A stretch of 64,000 nt of DNA from an uncultured Candidatus Saccharibacteria bacterium (GCA_965230975.1 OZ246402.1:444667-508666), one strand, 5' to 3'. Numbered from the stretch's first letter, positions 8,642 to 18,766 are shown. The notes: a model not told the origin generated them from the sequence alone. Program-made: numbers and translations.

Positions 8642-10434
8642 TGAAAAAGAAAAATTTAGAATCTACAATTTCTAAAAGAATAAAAGTTATTCACTTGTTT
8701 TTTACAATATTTGCAGTTGTTGCAATAGTTTTTGTTTTTAGATGGACAGTTGTTCAAGGTGCAAAATTTGATTTACTTGCAAAAAATAGATTTCAAAACC
8801 AAACATTAACCTCCATGAGAGGATCTATTTTTGCAAAAGATGGCACTACCCTAGCTTATACAGAACCCAGAGTTAGCATAAGTGTTTGGCTTAAAAACTT
8901 ATATGATTATGAACAATGGCATACACAAACAGTAGATGAGCTTGTGACAAAAGTAGCCCCTATAATTAGTTTAACGAAAGAAGAGATTTATAAAAAGTTT
9001 GATGATGCAAAAGCAAGTGTAAATGGTAGTGATAAGGTTACAGTAATTCTTGCTACAGACTTAAATTTAGAGCAGTGGAATCAAATTAAGTCATTAGACA
9101 GAGACAATGCTCCAACATACCCATTACTTGGAATTCAAAGCAAAGTTACTCCAAAAAGAATATACCCGGAAGGTAGACTAGCCTCACACTTGCTAGGACT
9201 AACAAATACATATAAAGAGGAATTAATTGGAGAGGCGGGGATTGAAAGAAGATTTAGCGATGTCTTAAAACCTGTAGATGGTTTAATTTCTCAAGAGACA
9301 GATGCGAGGGGGTTAACCATAACATCTACTTTATTACAAACAATAGAGCCAAAAAACGGTAGTGACGTTTACATAACTATAAATAAAAAATTACAAGCTG
9401 TTGTAGAAGAACAATTAAAGATTGGAGTAGAAAAATATGATGCAAAATCCGGAACAATAATAATTCAAGATCCAAAAACTGGCGAAGTTATGGCTTTGGC
9501 AAATTACCCTGACTATGACCCAAATACCCGTTCAGAGACAGACATAAATGCATACGGAAATTTGGCCATAACTTCGCCATACGAAACAGGTTCTATTGGT
9601 AAAATATTAACAATCGCTACAGCTATAGATAAAGAATTAATAACACCCGATACCATAATTATGCCCGAGGGTCACCAGGGTTGTGAAAAAATTCATAACG
9701 ATTTAAACCCAGTTTGTACTTGGGATAGAAAACCTCAGCCTCCAATGCCTGCTAGGGATTGCTTCCAAAAATCAGATAACCTTTGTTTTTATCATATGGC
9801 TACTTTAATAAATAGGAAAGATTTTTATGACCATTTGATTGATTTTGGAGTTGGTAGCGAGAGTGGTATAGACTTAAAAGAAGAATCAATTGGATATCTG
9901 AAATCGTATGATAGTTGGACGGTTGGAGATGTTTCTGCATTCTCTTATGGTCACGGTTATTTAGTAAATGCAGTTCAAGCTATTAATGAAACTTCTACTA
10001 TTGCAAATTACGGTGTAAGAATGCAACCTTTGATAGTAGATAAAATTGTAAGCGCCGAAGGAGAAATTACTGAGTATAACCCTATAGTAAAGTCTAGGGC
10101 TGTAACAAAAGAAACTGCTGAAACTGTTGTAGATATGATGAGATACAACTTTAGTAAAAGTATTCCAGAGTGGTACTATGGGTACATGAAAAACTACGAC
10201 ATTGGTGTTAAATCAGGAACAGCTTTAATAGCAAATTCAACAGGGTATTCTAATAATATTAACGCTACCTTTGTTGGTTTTGATGCTTCAGAAGAAAGAA
10301 GTTTTGTAATGCTTATTAGACTAGAAGATCCAAAAATCCCATCTTATGATAGATTGGCTTTCTATAATGTAAGACCTATGTGGTTAGATACATTTGGAGC
10401 AATTAGAGATATTATTGGTGTACCAACTAAATAA
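8641..10434 (+). CDS. ftsI: Penicillin-binding protein / peptidoglycan D,D-transpeptidase (FtsI/PBP2 class)
   Basis: N-terminal TM, dimerisation domain, and transpeptidase motifs SIGK (SxxK), SDN (SxN) and KSG (KTG-like). Confidence 0.85.
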   Translation: MKKKNLESTISKRIKVIHLFFTIFAVVAIVFVFRWTVVQGAKFDLLAKNRFQNQTLTSMRGSIFAKDGTTLAYTEPRVSISVWLKNLYDYEQWHTQTVDELVTKVAPIISLTKEEIYKKFDDAKASVNGSDKVTVILATDLNLEQWNQIKSLDRDNAPTYPLLGIQSKVTPKRIYPEGRLASHLLGLTNTYKEELIGEAGIERRFSDVLKPVDGLISQETDARGLTITSTLLQTIEPKNGSDVYITINKKLQAVVEEQLKIGVEKYDAKSGTIIIQDPKTGEVMALANYPDYDPNTRSETDINAYGNLAITSPYETGSIGKILTIATAIDKELITPDTIIMPEGHQGCEKIHNDLNPVCTWDRKPQPPMPARDCFQKSDNLCFYHMATLINRKDFYDHLIDFGVGSESGIDLKEESIGYLKSYDSWTVGDVSAFSYGHGYLVNAVQAINETSTIANYGVRMQPLIVDKIVSAEGEITEYNPIVKSRAVTKETAETVVDMMRYNFSKSIPEWYYGYMKNYDIGVKSGTALIANSTGYSNNINATFVGFDASEERSFVMLIRLEDPKIPSYDRLAFYNVRPMWLDTFGAIRDIIGVPTK

Positions 10435-10965
10435 TTATTTCCATAATATATTTTCCCAAGGGCTTTTGTAAAACAGTAAGTGAGATGAAATATATTCATC
10501 TAAAAGAGTTTAATTTAAAATTGATTTCATTTTAGCTTAAAGGCAGGGTCTAGGCTGGCAGTTGGTTGGACAATATCTTTTTCTAATTTAGTAATTAAGG
10601 TATACGCCTTAGGAGTGTACCAATTCAATAAACAGAAGCTTAAAATCTTTAACTGTATTGATTTTAAAAATCAAAGTATACCAAAGTCAAAGCACTTTGG
10701 TGTATACCTTAAATTTAATATCTAAATAGGATAGTAATAGGTCACCCAAAAATTAAAAATTTAAACTTCTAAGATTAATGAATGTGCTAAATTTACTAAA
10801 GACTTGCAACAGTTGAAATCATAAATAAAGTAAAATTAAGAAAAGTATAAATATAAAAAATATTATTGAAATATCAAAGTTAAGTCTTAACACTACTAAA
10901 TTATTAAAAATAGATGCTAAGTACCAGTCTTATAAAGTATAATAGACAGTCGTTATAATGAATTT

Positions 10966-11844
10966 ATGAACAAATATAAAATACTTTTATATTACAAATT
11001 TACACAAATTGAAGATCCTCAGGCTTTTAAAGAAAGACAAGTTAAATTTTGCCAAGAGCATAATATTAAAGGTCGAATTCTTATCTCAAAAGAAGGCTTA
11101 AATGGAACTTGTGCTGGGCTTGAAGAAGATATAAATCAATACATGCAACTTGTTGAATCTGAGCCAGGTTTTCAAGATATTGAATGGAAGATCTCATATG
11201 CTAATGAGCAAGTATTCCCTAGGTTAAGAGTAGTTGTAAGAGAAGAGGTTGTAACCTTTAAAACTAAGGTGGATATGTCTAAAACTGGTAAATATATAGA
11301 GCCAAAAGAACTAGCAAAGCTTTACGATACTAACCAAGATTTTGTAATTATTGATGGTAGAAATGAATATGAGGGAAGAGTTGGTAAATTTAAAAATGCA
11401 ATTGTGCCAGATATTAATAATTTTAGAGAATTCCCAGAATGGTTTGAAAAGAATAAAGATAAAATTGTTGGCAAAAAGGTTGTTACATATTGTACTGGTG
11501 GAATCAGGTGTGAAAAACTATCTGCATATTTAGTACAACAAGGTTTAGAAGATGTTAGTCAGCTTCATGGTGGCATTTTTAAATATGGCCAAGAAGCAGG
11601 AGGTAAGAATTTTGAAGGCCAGATGTATGTATTTGACAATAGAATCCTTGTTCCGGTAAATACAGTTAACCCGGAGATTATTAGCGAATGTGAACATTGC
11701 GGCAAAAAAGTTGCTAGATTTATAAATTGTTGCAATGCAGCTTGTAACAAGCAATTTATTTGTTGCGAAGAGTGCGAAAAGGAGTTTGAAGGTGGATGCT
11801 CAAAAGAGTGTCAGTCTAAGAGTAGGTATAAAATTAATAACTAA
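10966..11844 (+). CDS. trhO: tRNA uridine(34) hydroxylase TrhO (UPF0176/YceA rhodanese-like) with a Cys-rich C-terminal tail
   Basis: N-terminal YYKF...EGLNGT motif, rhodanese domain with the active-site loop CTGGIRCEK, and a tail CEHCGKK...CCNAACNKQFICCEECEKEFEGGCSKEC. Confidence 0.8.
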   Translation: MNKYKILLYYKFTQIEDPQAFKERQVKFCQEHNIKGRILISKEGLNGTCAGLEEDINQYMQLVESEPGFQDIEWKISYANEQVFPRLRVVVREEVVTFKTKVDMSKTGKYIEPKELAKLYDTNQDFVIIDGRNEYEGRVGKFKNAIVPDINNFREFPEWFEKNKDKIVGKKVVTYCTGGIRCEKLSAYLVQQGLEDVSQLHGGIFKYGQEAGGKNFEGQMYVFDNRILVPVNTVNPEIISECEHCGKKVARFINCCNAACNKQFICCEECEKEFEGGCSKECQSKSRYKINN

Positions 11845-11859
11845 GAATTTAGTATAAGA

Positions 11860-12621
11860 ATGGGTAATGATTTTATAGAAATTAGTTTGCCACAAAAGAT
11901 TAAACTTGATTATCAAATTTTAGGTGAGGGTAAACCCATACTATTTCTTCATGGAGGGGGTACTGATTATCGATTTTATACTCAATTTTTAAAAGTTCTT
12001 TCTGCAAAATATAAAGTTTACACATTTGCATACCCTGGATTTGGAAAATCTTCTAATATAAAAAGTTATACTCTTGAAAATTTTAATCAAATAATCAACG
12101 AATTTCTTAGTTTGAATGATTTAAGCGAGGTATATATAGTTGCGCATTCTATGGGTGCAGGTTTAGCAGTTAATTATTTGTCATCAAAAAATAAAGTAGC
12201 AAAGGTAGTTGGTTTGTGTTTAATTTCTCCATGGCTTTTTCCTGTAAATAAATCTCTAGTTAAAATGATTAAAGATTTAAGCATTCAAAATAATATAACT
12301 CTCAGGGAGGTACGAGAATCTAATCAAACTCAAAGTCTTGTCAGCTATCTTAAAAAGTTTATAAAAATAAAGTACACAATAAACTCACTAAAGCTTTTCT
12401 TATTAATAAAAAAAGAGGATATAAGACCATTCCTTTCTAAAATAAATATACCGGTACTTGGATTTTATGGAACAAGTGATATTGTTTTACCATCAGAAGA
12501 TCAAAAGAATGCATTAGCTGAAATCAAAGACTGCATGATTTTTAAATGTGATGGTGGTGGGCATCATTTAATTCATTTACAAAAAGATCTTATTCTCCAA
12601 GAGATCATAAAAATCTACTGA
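11860..12621 (+). CDS. Alpha/beta-fold hydrolase
   Basis: HGGG oxyanion motif (ILFLHGGGTD), the nucleophile elbow AHSMGAG, and a C-terminal GGHH. Confidence 0.7.
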   Translation: MGNDFIEISLPQKIKLDYQILGEGKPILFLHGGGTDYRFYTQFLKVLSAKYKVYTFAYPGFGKSSNIKSYTLENFNQIINEFLSLNDLSEVYIVAHSMGAGLAVNYLSSKNKVAKVVGLCLISPWLFPVNKSLVKMIKDLSIQNNITLREVRESNQTQSLVSYLKKFIKIKYTINSLKLFLLIKKEDIRPFLSKINIPVLGFYGTSDIVLPSEDQKNALAEIKDCMIFKCDGGGHHLIHLQKDLILQEIIKIY

Positions 12622-12662
12622 TTAATTTATATATACAGGTATACAAATGCTATATTGTATTT

Positions 12663-13010
12663 ATGAGTAACCTTATACGCGATTCTTGGAAATATTACAA
12701 ACTATGGATGAAGTCTGATACATTCTCTAAAGCATTAAACTCTAAAATCTTAGTTACAAGACTGGCATGGGATCATGTAGTTAGAGGCAATAAATCTTCA
12801 CCTAGATCTTTTAAAGATAAGGCTAGAAGGTTATTAATAATGAAAGAGTCAAGGTATGTTTTGATAAATGCTAAGGATTTTGTTAAGACATCAAAAGATG
12901 GGTATATTTACTATGAATTAAAAATGAAATTAAAAAAGCAAGATATAAAAGTTATTGTAAGAGAAGATCGTAAAGGTAGCAAAGTTCTTTACTCTTGGAT
13001 GAAAAAATAG
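12663..13010 (+). CDS. Small basic hypothetical protein
   Basis: 115-aa Lys/Arg-rich ORF with no recognised family. Confidence 0.45.
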   Translation: MSNLIRDSWKYYKLWMKSDTFSKALNSKILVTRLAWDHVVRGNKSSPRSFKDKARRLLIMKESRYVLINAKDFVKTSKDGYIYYELKMKLKKQDIKVIVREDRKGSKVLYSWMKK

Positions 13011-13139
13011 GTATAAAAAAAGTAGATTGCCTCGGGTTTGGGAATTCCTTAACCCCATTTCAGAGTAATAACTCTGCCAATCTACTTAAATAATTATCAC
13101 CTATATACTGAAAAGTGTCAATATATAGGTGATTCAACC

Positions 13140-13694
13140 TTAGAATTGTACTTTTACGTTTTCTCTCTCTTCTGCATTAACAACTTCAAAGAACTTTCTT
13201 GACGCAATGTTAAACATTCCAGCAATAACATTTACTGGGAAAGTTACAATTTTTGCGTTTAAATCTCTAACAGTACCGTTGTAATATCTTCTTGCACTTT
13301 CAAGGTCACCTTCAATTTGAGTTAATGAGTTTTGCAAGCTCATAAAGTTTTCGTTAGATTTTAATTCTGGGTAACTTTCTGCAACTGCAAATAATGTTTT
13401 TAAAGTACCTCTTAACTCTCCTTCCATTTTACCTAGTTGTTCTGGGTCTTGAGTGTTCATCATTCCACTTCTTAAAGCAGCAACCTTTTCAAAAACGCCA
13501 CTTTCCTGTTTTGCATAACCTTTAACTGTTTCAACTAGATTAGGAATTAAATCAAATCTCTTTTTTAATTGAACATCAATTCCGCTCCAAGCTTCGTCTA
13601 CTAATACATTTTGAGTTCTTAACCCGTTATAAATTGATATTACATAAACTACAATTACAGCAACAACACCTAACAATACAAGTAATATTTCCAT
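13140..13694 (-). CDS. lemA: LemA family protein
   Basis: N-terminal TM plus the conserved LemA core (NVLVDEAWSGIDVQLKKRFDLIPNLVETVKGYAKQE, NFMSLQNSLTQIEGDL). Confidence 0.85.
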   Translation of the reverse strand: MEILLVLLGVVAVIVVYVISIYNGLRTQNVLVDEAWSGIDVQLKKRFDLIPNLVETVKGYAKQESGVFEKVAALRSGMMNTQDPEQLGKMEGELRGTLKTLFAVAESYPELKSNENFMSLQNSLTQIEGDLESARRYYNGTVRDLNAKIVTFPVNVIAGMFNIASRKFFEVVNAEERENVKVQF

Positions 13695-13765
13695 AAGTAA
13701 TTTTTAAAAAATATATTTAAATTATATTTGAATATTAACCAATATACAATAATAGCAACAAACTA

Positions 13766-15013
13766 TTAATACTTAAACTTCTCTTCTTCTGGGTTGTCTT
13801 GATAAACAGTTACAACCTCAGCTTTTACAATACTTTCCTCTTCTTCTTTTAGCTTTTGATTTAAAGATTCCTCTTCTTGTACTTTCTTTTCATTTTTTCT
13901 TTTTAAGAAATTTACAATAGCAAATATTACAAATATTGCAATTAAGCCTATTGCAAATGTGCTTACATCATCTCTAATATTACTAAAGTAAATAGCGATA
14001 GAGCATAGTACCAGCATTATTGCGACCTCTATAATTAATACGGTTTTTCTAGAATATCCTGCACCAATAAGTCTATGGTGCAAATGGGAATTGTCTCCAA
14101 TTTGCAGTATTTCCCATGGTCTTTTTAATAATTGTGGGTTTGCTTTAATTCTCATGTACACCACAAAAAGTCCGTCTATAATAGGCATGCCTAATAAAAT
14201 TAAGGTAGCTGTCCACCTTGTGCCAGCTAAAATTGCAAAGATTGCAAGTAGGTACCCATTAATGTAGTCTCCAACTCCATAATAAATTTTTGCCGGATTA
14301 TAGTTGTAAGGGAACACACCTTGAATGGAACCTATGTGTATTGCAATAATTACTGCTAAGGGTATGTTTCCTGCAGCAATAACAAATAGAAGCATTGTTA
14401 AAGATGCTATAGTGCTAACCGATCCAGTAAGGCCATCTACACCTCCAACCCAGTTAATTACATTCATTAAACCTAAAATCCAAATTAAGGTAATCAAATC
14501 TGCTGGAAATATAAAATTATAGACATAACCTAAAATATCTATAGTTGCTGAAAATAAATTGAAAGATAAAGTATGTCCCAATAAATTAATTTCTGTAATA
14601 GATGTTCCGGTAAAAATTACAGCCAGAGCTGCTAAAGCTTGCCCTAGCAATTGAACTTTACCATCTAGTTCAAAAATATCGTCTAAAATCCCTACAATCA
14701 AAATAATAATCGCTCCTAAAATAACTCCTTTGGGTAAAAATGCTAGGTTACCTGTTACTAATAATCCAACAACTATGCCAATAAACATGGCTACCCCTCC
14801 AAGTCTAGGTACTGCAGTTTTGTTTCCAAGTCTGGTATTAACGCTTCTTTCAGTTTTTGATCGTAAACTTTGTGGCAAGTCTATTGCCCCAACTGCCCAA
14901 GCTAATCTACCTATTAATGGTGTTAGTAAGAAGGAAACTATAAATGCTATAAGTCCAGCTACTAATAAAGAAGTTAAATTTTGTATTAAGTACTGATTTT
15001 GAAAAATATCCAT
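13766..15013 (-). CDS. Glycosyltransferase family 4 polyprenyl-phosphate sugar-1-phosphate transferase (WecA/MraY family) with a K/E-rich C-terminal tail
   Basis: Polytopic membrane protein with the DD motif (ILDDIFELDG). The C-terminal ~50 aa is a charged low-complexity tail. Confidence 0.75.
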   Translation of the reverse strand: MDIFQNQYLIQNLTSLLVAGLIAFIVSFLLTPLIGRLAWAVGAIDLPQSLRSKTERSVNTRLGNKTAVPRLGGVAMFIGIVVGLLVTGNLAFLPKGVILGAIIILIVGILDDIFELDGKVQLLGQALAALAVIFTGTSITEINLLGHTLSFNLFSATIDILGYVYNFIFPADLITLIWILGLMNVINWVGGVDGLTGSVSTIASLTMLLFVIAAGNIPLAVIIAIHIGSIQGVFPYNYNPAKIYYGVGDYINGYLLAIFAILAGTRWTATLILLGMPIIDGLFVVYMRIKANPQLLKRPWEILQIGDNSHLHHRLIGAGYSRKTVLIIEVAIMLVLCSIAIYFSNIRDDVSTFAIGLIAIFVIFAIVNFLKRKNEKKVQEEESLNQKLKEEEESIVKAEVVTVYQDNPEEEKFKY

Positions 15014-15544
15014 TTAAACAATGATTGTGTAAAACTGGCCAATTCCAGCCAAAATTAAAATGTTCAAGAAAAAAAGAATCCAACACATTACAATGCTTAA
15101 TCTTGTATCGGTTTTTGCAATAAGCATAACAAATCTTAAAGTTATTAACTCTAAAATACCTGTCGCTACTCCAGAAATAAATATAAAGATTTTATCTGTA
15201 GGAATAAACTGTTTACTAATGCTATCGTAAAACAGTGGAATTGTAGGCCCAATAGCATTAAATTTTAAAAGACCTCCGATTATTAATATAGCTAGTATTG
15301 TAATTAATGAGATTATAGCTAGTGCTGGAGCAGGAGATTTCCAAAGTTGTGAAATTTCTAAAATCTCTTCTTGTCTTTTTAAATACATTTTAACTCCCGA
15401 AAGCGTCCCTTCAATTCTTTCACTTGTAGTTTCTACATCAAAAGATAGTTGATCTTTTAGATAAAGCTCTTGCTCTATATTATCTTCTGTCTCATTTTTT
15501 ACAAAATCCTCTTCAGTTGGATTTCTAAGTGTACTAGAATTCAT
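15014..15544 (-). CDS. Hypothetical membrane protein
   Basis: 176 aa with three or four TM helices. Start abuts the upstream gene's stop. Confidence 0.5.
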   Translation of the reverse strand: MNSSTLRNPTEEDFVKNETEDNIEQELYLKDQLSFDVETTSERIEGTLSGVKMYLKRQEEILEISQLWKSPAPALAIISLITILAILIIGGLLKFNAIGPTIPLFYDSISKQFIPTDKIFIFISGVATGILELITLRFVMLIAKTDTRLSIVMCWILFFLNILILAGIGQFYTIIV

Positions 15545-16049
15545 ATCAAAAATTTTATCATAATTATCCTGTAAGAAATACGCTAAAAGGAGTTATATTT
15601 AGACTTAAATTAAAAGTTGAATCATCTATACCTTCTAAATACACTTTAACTTCTTATATTAATTAAATAGTCTGTATTTACTTGATTTTTAGTCACTACA
15701 TAAACAGTGCTAAACCAAGCACTAAAACATAGCCTTTAATAGTTGATTTTAGCACTATAATGGCACTGTTTCTGTATTGTTTAGTTAGGTCTAGCTGAGA
15801 AAAACAAGTTAATTTTTCCAAAACAATTGTTTAGAAATTCAAAATTTGAATTCGATTTTAAATTTAATTATATTCGACTGAATCAAAAATTCTACAACTA
15901 TTAAAACTCCTAATATAATATGCTATAATTTACTTACATTTGAAGCTGTAAGCTTTTCTGTGTAATAACAGATTCGCGATTTCAGCTTTTTTTTGGCATT
16001 TACTGGCAACTATTAATTTAATGCCAATTTAATTTTTATTTAGAACAAT

Positions 16050-17180
16050 ATGTCACAATACGATATTTTGTCTGCAATTAGACAAATTGCTGTAGAACGA
16101 AAAGTAGACCCAGAAGATGTAATAAGGGTTTTAAGAGATGGTATTAAACAAATTTATATAAACGAAAAAGGCTTTGAAGATAAAGACGTTATTGAAGTTC
16201 AAGTAGACCCTGAAAAAAGTTTTATAGGTGTTTTTATTAAAAAAACTGTTGTAGAAAAAGTAGAAGATGATGAATTAGAAATTACTTTATCAGATGCAAA
16301 AAAGATTAATGCAAAAGCAAAATTAGGCGGAACTGTCTTGTTTGACATTACACCAGAAGGTGATTTTGGTAGAATCGCTGCTCAAGCTGCAAGACAAGTT
16401 ATTATGCAAGGTTTAAGAGAAGTAGAAAAAGAAGCTGTAATGAAACAGTTTCAAGATAAGGTCGGTTCTATTATTAGTGTTGTTGTTCAAAGAGTATTAC
16501 CAGATGGAGATGTTATTTGTGAAGTTAATAAAGCTAGAGCTGTAATGCCAAAGAATGAGAGAATTCCTTTTGAATTTTATAAATTAGGATCTTCAATTAA
16601 AGTTTTACTAAAAGCTTTAGAAGAAGACACAAGAGGCCGATTTATGCTTGTTTCTAGAGCAGATAACGATTTCTTAGAGGAATTATTCAAATTAGAAGTA
16701 CCAGAAATCGAATCAGGTTCTGTAGAAATTATGAGCATTGCAAGAGACCCTGGATCAAGATCTAAAGTTGCAGTAAGATCAAACTCTCAAGGAGTAGACC
16801 CAATTGGTGCTTGCGTTGGTCAAAAAGGGGTTAGAATTAACTCTATTTCTAACGAATTAAGAAGTGGTGAAAGAGAAGAGAAGATTGATATTATTTTGTG
16901 GGATGATAGCATTGAAAGATTCTTAATGAATTCTATTAGCCCTGCAGAAGCTATTAAAATTGATATTCAAGATAAAAAGAATAAAAGGGCTGTAATTACA
17001 GTTCCAGATGAAAAACTATCTTTAGCAATTGGTAGAGAAGGACAAAACACAAAACTTGCTAGCAGATTAACTGGTTGGGAATTAGATATTCAAGGAGAAA
17101 CTTTAAATAGAGGAGATGGTAGAGAATTAGCTAACGCAGATGAATCTACAGATGCTTTAGATACAGAAGCAACTGCATAA
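16050..17180 (+). CDS. nusA: Transcription termination/antitermination factor NusA
   Basis: NusA N-terminal domain, S1 domain (GDVICEVNKARAVMPKNERIP) and KH domains (ACVGQKGVRINSISNEL). Confidence 0.9.
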   Translation: MSQYDILSAIRQIAVERKVDPEDVIRVLRDGIKQIYINEKGFEDKDVIEVQVDPEKSFIGVFIKKTVVEKVEDDELEITLSDAKKINAKAKLGGTVLFDITPEGDFGRIAAQAARQVIMQGLREVEKEAVMKQFQDKVGSIISVVVQRVLPDGDVICEVNKARAVMPKNERIPFEFYKLGSSIKVLLKALEEDTRGRFMLVSRADNDFLEELFKLEVPEIESGSVEIMSIARDPGSRSKVAVRSNSQGVDPIGACVGQKGVRINSISNELRSGEREEKIDIILWDDSIERFLMNSISPAEAIKIDIQDKKNKRAVITVPDEKLSLAIGREGQNTKLASRLTGWELDIQGETLNRGDGRELANADESTDALDTEATA

Positions 17181-17197
17181 GTAGAAAATACTATTAC

Positions 17198-17228
17198 AAA
17201 GGCCCCCGATAAATCGGGGGCCTTTTCT
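17198..17228. terminator. Rho-independent terminator, bidirectional between nusA and the convergent gene
   Basis: GGCCCCCGA-TAAA-TCGGGGGCC perfect 9-bp GC stem followed by TTTTCT, with an A-run on the 5' side. Confidence 0.85.
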
Positions 17229-17253
17229 ATGTTTATACCTATGTCAGTTGTTT

Positions 17254-18081
17254 TTAGTTAACTGGAACAATGCTATTTAGCACAGCGTCTAGCGTATTTA
17301 GAGTCGTTTCGTCTGATATTGCAGGGTTTATTCTGAAATCATAAGGTGCAGATTGATTTGGATTATTAGAGTTGTTAATACTAAATTGAAATTGTGTTGT
17401 AGAAAGTATTTTCCTAGAAATTCCGCATCCTGCATTGAAGTACATTGGATTTGTACTCATGTTTACAAAAAGATTATTGCCTATTCTTCTAAATTCTTTG
17501 CCTGCAAATGAAATTTCAGTATAATCTTCAGATGAGTAATCTGTAACAACAGTTGCGTCCATCCCTACTTCTAATGTTTCGTTTTGTATATTTGTTATGT
17601 AACTAGCTTGTGTATCTGCAAATTGTGCTAATTCTGTGCATCCTCCACTTCCACCAATTCCATCTACTCCTTTAAAACTAAATATAACTGAATTGTTTTC
17701 ATTTAATATTTCATATCCGGTTAACCCTGTATATGTAATTGATGGATCGTTTACGGCATATTTCATTCCGGTTACGTCTGTGTATTCTACTAGGGACCAC
17801 TCTAAAGGTAGTATTGCATTAATATATTCTCCTTGATATTGAAAAGTAAGAGGTTCGTCTGTTTTATTGTTAACGTAGCTTACAGGTACGGAAATTTGAT
17901 CTTGGCTTGAGCTGTTATTCGAGAGTTTTATGTTGGAGTTACTTAGTATGTAAACTATTATTATCCCAATAATTAATAATACTACTGTAGATATTACTAC
18001 AGATACTATTAGTGCTGTTTTTTCTTGTTTTGGACCCTTTTGAACTTGAGGTTCTGTTTGTGTTGGCTCGACTGTATCCAT
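17254..18081 (-). CDS. Membrane-anchored extracytoplasmic hypothetical protein
   Basis: N-terminal TM helix, Ser/Asn-rich linker and a ~200-aa domain with no recognised motif. Confidence 0.5.
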   Translation of the reverse strand: MDTVEPTQTEPQVQKGPKQEKTALIVSVVISTVVLLIIGIIIVYILSNSNIKLSNNSSSQDQISVPVSYVNNKTDEPLTFQYQGEYINAILPLEWSLVEYTDVTGMKYAVNDPSITYTGLTGYEILNENNSVIFSFKGVDGIGGSGGCTELAQFADTQASYITNIQNETLEVGMDATVVTDYSSEDYTEISFAGKEFRRIGNNLFVNMSTNPMYFNAGCGISRKILSTTQFQFSINNSNNPNQSAPYDFRINPAISDETTLNTLDAVLNSIVPVN

Positions 18082-18146
18082 GTTTTTTTAATAACATATA
18101 TAAAAACAGTATAAGCTAAATTAAATCATAGTTACAGTGGTTATAT

Positions 18147-18175
18147 TTGTTATCAGCTTAGTGGTTTGGTATAAT
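18147..18175 (+). promoter_or_regulatory. Putative extended -10 promoter for tRNA-Glu (TTGTTA-17 bp-TGgTATAAT)
   Basis: -35 TTGTTA at 18147-18152, TG at 18167-18168, TATAAT at 18170-18175, about 45 bp upstream of the tRNA. Confidence 0.4.
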
Positions 18176-18220
18176 TCTGTGCTTCAATAAAGCGAGTAGA
18201 TTTATAAATGCTAAGTTACG

Positions 18221-18293
18221 TGGCCCTATCGTCTAACGGTTAGGACAGCAGATTCTCAATCTGTAAATCGGAGTTCGATTCTCCGTAGGGTCA
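18221..18293 (+). tRNA. tRNA-Glu (anticodon CUC)
   Basis: Cloverleaf by eye: acceptor TGGCCCT/AGGGTCA, D-arm CGTC...GGAC, anticodon stem GCAGA/TCTGT with loop TTCTCAA, T-arm CGGAG-TTCGATT-CTCCG. No encoded CCA. Confidence 0.8.
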
Positions 18294-18372
18294 TATTTTT
18301 AATAAAATAATTACTACATTGTGATTTTCTCCAAACCTAGAAATTATACCAATCCTAGACGCTCGACATCCA

Positions 18373-18386
18373 TCCTCGTAGGGTCA
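18373..18386 (+). repeat. Direct copy (12 of 14 nt) of the tRNA-Glu 3' acceptor end
   Basis: TCCTCGTAGGGTCA versus the tRNA 3' end TCTCCGTAGGGTCA. Confidence 0.6.
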
Positions 18387-18454
18387 AAAGTTAATTGATT
18401 AAAGAAAAAGTATTTGATAACATTGATTTTATTATTTATTAAATACCTGTATAT

Positions 18455-18766
18455 ATGGAACAACCTGGCTGGATACTAAATGAAAATGAAGATACAAAAT
18501 ATCTTCGAGAAAATAACTCTTCAAATGGTGACACTATGGAATCTCCATATGAAGGATTCCCTGATATTTACAGAACATTACCAGCAGTAAGAATGATATC
18601 TGCGATAGATCAAAAGCCTAAGTATTTTAAATTTCAAGATATTGTAATAGAGGTAACACATGCGGATGAAACTTTTAGTATTGTTAAAGGTGGTCCTAGA
18701 GATGATCTTGCCCCAATATTAGCAGAATTAGCAAATAGAAATGGTTTAAGATTAATAAAAAACTAG
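18455..18766 (+). CDS. Hypothetical protein inside the att-bounded segment
   Basis: 103-aa ORF. Confidence 0.4.
   Translation: MEQPGWILNENEDTKYLRENNSSNGDTMESPYEGFPDIYRTLPAVRMISAIDQKPKYFKFQDIVIEVTHADETFSIVKGGPRDDLAPILAELANRNGLRLIKN

Noticed and set aside
10536-10580. SRP (4.5S) RNA
   Set aside because: Shares the short words AAGGCAG and GCTGGCAG with E. coli 4.5S RNA, but lacks the GGAA tetraloop/AGCA symmetric-loop domain IV core.
11351-15013. Short ORFs 11351-11533, 11545-11754, 11565-11750, 14325-14522, 14730-14996
   Set aside because: Internal to trhO and to the WecA-like glycosyltransferase; alternative-frame artefacts of an AT-rich sequence.
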